Shown one piece after another: positions 61,262 through 64,000 of a DNA stretch of 64,000 bases. Origin of the DNA: Candidatus Bathyarchaeota archaeon (lineage in GTDB: Archaea; Thermoproteota; Bathyarchaeia; 40CM-2-53-6). The number at the start of each line of letters is the position of its first letter. Position 1 is the first letter of the stretch. The stretch is from positions 896,001 to 960,000 of the forward strand of contig CAVSBL010000002.1 in the NCBI GenBank assembly GCA_963726255.1. Direction: 5' to 3'. A program made the position numbers and the translations under genes. The notes under the pieces are model-generated. The model did no database searches. It saw only the letters and a list, made by a program, of their open reading frames with translations, and was not told the origin of the DNA.

Positions 61262-61437
61262 AGCTTCTCACTCAGCCTCATTGATGCTTATCGAACCGCG
61301 TCATCACTGTTGCGCATCGCAGGACATTGCCTTCGTCAACCCTCTGGTAATCTCCGGTCAAGAGAACCCATCCAAATGCGTAAGTACCTGAGTTTGTCGT
61401 CCCGAATTCGCAGTAGAAATGCTTGTGGTGTGTTCTA

Positions 61438-62880
61438 ATGTCCATCAAATTGTCTTCGGGAAAAGAAATTCCAATTGAGATGCACAAGACGCGAATGGTG
61501 CAGAAGATTACACTCGTACCCGTCGAAGAACGGCTCAAGGCGATTGGAGAAGCTGGCTACAATACCTTCCTGCTCAAGACGAAGGACATATTCTTAGACA
61601 TGCTCACCGACAGCGGAGTCAACGCTATGAGCGATAACCAGTTCGCAGCGTTCATGAGAGCGGACGACGCCTACGCCGGCAGCATGACTTTCTACGAATT
61701 CGCCGACGCAGTGCGAGATGTTCTAGGCTACAAATATGTCATGAACACTCACCAAGGCAGAGCAGCGGAACATCTGGTGTCCAAGGTTTTCATCAAACCT
61801 GGCGATGTGGTTCCGACGAACTATCATTTTACGACCACTAGGGCGCACATCGAACTTTTTGGCGCTTCAGTTCTAGAGATATACTATGATGACGCCCTGA
61901 AGACAGAGAGTACGAATCCCTTCAAGGGGAACATGGACCCACAGAAACTGAAGAACGTGATAAAGAAGTACGGGAAAGATAAGGTCGCATTTGTTCGTAT
62001 GGAAGCGACCACCAATCTGATTGGTGGACAGCCGTTTTCCATGGCGAATTTGAAAGAGATTCGTCAGATCTGCAATGAACACGGCTTAATCCTCGTTATA
62101 GATGGAAGCCTCATCTGCGAGAACGCTTACATGATCATGCAGCGTGAGAAAGGATACCAAGCCAAGACTGTTGCTGAAATAGTCCGCGAGATTTCCAGCA
62201 TACCTGACCTCTTCTACATGAGCGGCAGAAAGAACACGTCTGTTAGAGGGGGCATGATAGCGACCAACAACAAGGAACTGTTTGACAAGATCAGGCCCTG
62301 GCTGCCCGTGTATGAAGGGTTCTACACCTACGGGGGCATGTCGATGCGAGAAGTAGGTGCCATGGCTGTTGGAGTTCGAGAAATGGTGGACCCCTCGGTC
62401 GCAGGTTGTTCGGTCGAACAGATCAAGTATTTCGTGAACAGGCTTCGTGAAACCGGCGTCCCAGTCGTTACACCCCCAGGCGGGCTGGCGTGCCATCTAG
62501 ATGCCATGAAGTTTCTACCGCACATACCTCAATCCCAGTATCCAGCTGGCGCCCTTTCAGCCGCCCTTTACATAGCCTCGGGAATCAGAAGCATGGAAAG
62601 AGGAAGCGTCTCGATGGATAGAGACAAGGAAGGAAAGGAGGTCCCGGCTGACGTTGAACTAACTAGGATTGCACTTCCAAGAAGAGTCTACTCGATATCC
62701 CATATAGAATACGCTATTGACAGGATAAATTGGCTCTACAAGCACCGAGACCTTGTCAAAGGGCTGAAGTTCGTGTGGGAGCCTCCAGTTCTCCGGTTCT
62801 TCGACGGAAGACTCGAACCAATCGGCGATTGGGGAAGAAACCTATCTGACGCCTTCAAGAAGGAAGTAGGAAACAACTAG
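61438..62880 (+). CDS. tnaA: tryptophanase / tyrosine phenol-lyase family PLP enzyme
   Basis: DMLTDSG, HQGRAAE, MSGRK, YEGFYTYGG, RIALPRRVY; Trp versus Tyr specificity uncertain. Confidence 0.85.
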   Translation: MSIKLSSGKEIPIEMHKTRMVQKITLVPVEERLKAIGEAGYNTFLLKTKDIFLDMLTDSGVNAMSDNQFAAFMRADDAYAGSMTFYEFADAVRDVLGYKYVMNTHQGRAAEHLVSKVFIKPGDVVPTNYHFTTTRAHIELFGASVLEIYYDDALKTESTNPFKGNMDPQKLKNVIKKYGKDKVAFVRMEATTNLIGGQPFSMANLKEIRQICNEHGLILVIDGSLICENAYMIMQREKGYQAKTVAEIVREISSIPDLFYMSGRKNTSVRGGMIATNNKELFDKIRPWLPVYEGFYTYGGMSMREVGAMAVGVREMVDPSVAGCSVEQIKYFVNRLRETGVPVVTPPGGLACHLDAMKFLPHIPQSQYPAGALSAALYIASGIRSMERGSVSMDRDKEGKEVPADVELTRIALPRRVYSISHIEYAIDRINWLYKHRDLVKGLKFVWEPPVLRFFDGRLEPIGDWGRNLSDAFKKEVGNN

Positions 62881-62910
62881 CTTCTCCAAGCAGCAATTAC
62901 TTCGGCGTCC

Positions 62911-62936
62911 TCTACGCAGCTTACTCGCTGCGTAGG
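62911..62936 (+). terminator. hairpin downstream of tnaA
   Basis: CTACGCAGC-TTACTC-GCTGCGTAG perfect 9-bp stem. Confidence 0.45.
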
Positions 62937-63020
62937 CTTGTCCAATGATTCACAAATGCGACTCGTGCCGAGTATGTTCAAGTATCTCACCCACCGACGA
63001 ACAACAGACGCGAACCAGCC

Positions 63021-63794
63021 ATGAGCGATCTAGTCGGGTTGATTGGCCTATTTCTTGCCGGCATGCTTGCCGGCGGCATCAACTCCGTGGCTGGTGGTGG
63101 AACTCTGATCTCCTTCCCTTCCCTTGTAGCCTTCGGTGAACCAGAGATCGTCTCCAACGCTACGAACACAGCCGCGTTGTGGCCTGGCTCCCTTAGTGGT
63201 GCTCTCGGATACCGAAAGGATACACCAGTCGAGCGCGGCTTGTTCATAATGCTCGCCATCCCCAGCCTTATCGGGGGACTCGCGGGAGCGGCGGTTCTTG
63301 TGCTTACGGCGCCTGAGCTTTTCAGACGCGTCGTCCCATTCCTGGTTCTCTTCGCGACCTTAATGCTTGCCTCACAGGACCTGATTTCCAGGAGACTTCG
63401 ACACACCTCCGCTGACGTCGAGCGTGTGACGAAGATAGGGCGCATATGGGGCGTCGTCTTTCAACTGTTCGTGGCCGCATACGGCGGTTACTTTGGGGCG
63501 GGGATAGGGATTTTGATGCTGGGCTCATTCAGCCTCATGGGCCTACGCGACATACATAAAATGAATGCGATGAAAACGCCCCTTGCTGCAATCATAAACG
63601 TAACAGCGTTCGTTTTCTTCGCGTTCAAAGGACTGGTGGTCTGGTACTTGGCGTTTCTCATGATGGCAGGCGCGATTATCGGCGGATACGCAGGCGCACG
63701 CCTTGCGAAACGCGTTAACCCACGCCTTCTGCACCTGACTGTCGTTGCAATCGGCTTGGTTGTATCAGCTTGGTTCTTCACCAAATCTTTCTGA
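63021..63794 (+). CDS. TauE/SafE sulfite exporter family
   Basis: INSVAGGGTL, YGGYFGAGIG. Confidence 0.9.
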   Translation: MSDLVGLIGLFLAGMLAGGINSVAGGGTLISFPSLVAFGEPEIVSNATNTAALWPGSLSGALGYRKDTPVERGLFIMLAIPSLIGGLAGAAVLVLTAPELFRRVVPFLVLFATLMLASQDLISRRLRHTSADVERVTKIGRIWGVVFQLFVAAYGGYFGAGIGILMLGSFSLMGLRDIHKMNAMKTPLAAIINVTAFVFFAFKGLVVWYLAFLMMAGAIIGGYAGARLAKRVNPRLLHLTVVAIGLVVSAWFFTKSF

Positions 63795-63870
63795 CGAAAT
63801 TCCTCCATCGTTGAGTAGTCAATAAATAGCTAGAACCCGGCTCTCTCCGCTTAACAAGCGAGGCACGGCC

Positions 63871-64000
63871 ATGAAACTCGGAGTCTTGGGAACTGGGATG
63901 GTTGGGAACACAATTGCTACGAAACTGATTCAATTGGGCCACGAAGTGAAAATGGGTTCTCGCACGTCAGGAAACGAGAAAGCTGTCCAATGGGCCAAAG
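63871..64000 (+). CDS. NAD(P)-binding oxidoreductase (F420-dependent NADP reductase-like), partial
   Basis: [12 protein letters not shown]...GHEVKMGSR; runs off the window. Confidence 0.8.
   Translation, partial: MKLGVLGTGMVGNTIATKLIQLGHEVKMGSRTSGNEKAVQWAK

Overview
Archaeal chromosome segment, most consistent with a TACK lineage such as Bathyarchaeia. The clues are GINS23-MCM, RFC-L/S, Cdc6, Hel308, TFS, a Cren7-like protein, a PEF-CTERM protein and a tRNA-Gly with a non-canonical BHB intron. About 1-29 kb is a mosaic accessory region. It holds a DpnII-like restriction-modification locus with two MTases and an RHH regulator, amt plus an inverted amt fragment, a HAL-family lyase, and two paralogous clusters built on proline iminopeptidase and an uncharacterised nucleotidyltransferase. 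It also has several tRNA fragments and a dispersed ~27-bp imperfect-palindrome repeat at module boundaries. About 29-64 kb is mostly housekeeping and metabolic, including a replication gene cluster. Several single-base frameshifts in homopolymers (amt, mcm, purB, asnB) look like sequencing errors. The most notable candidates are: (1) a structured 5' leader upstream of queT that can form a pseudoknot and sequester the SD, a possible archaeal preQ0/preQ1 riboswitch; (2) the dispersed TGTGCGCAC-CAYTAGA-CCCACACAC repeat bounding accessory gene modules; (3) two 5'-half copies and one 3'-half copy of the tRNA-Gly; (4) the duplicated NTase/iminopeptidase cluster. All calls were made by eye from motifs; no searches were run.
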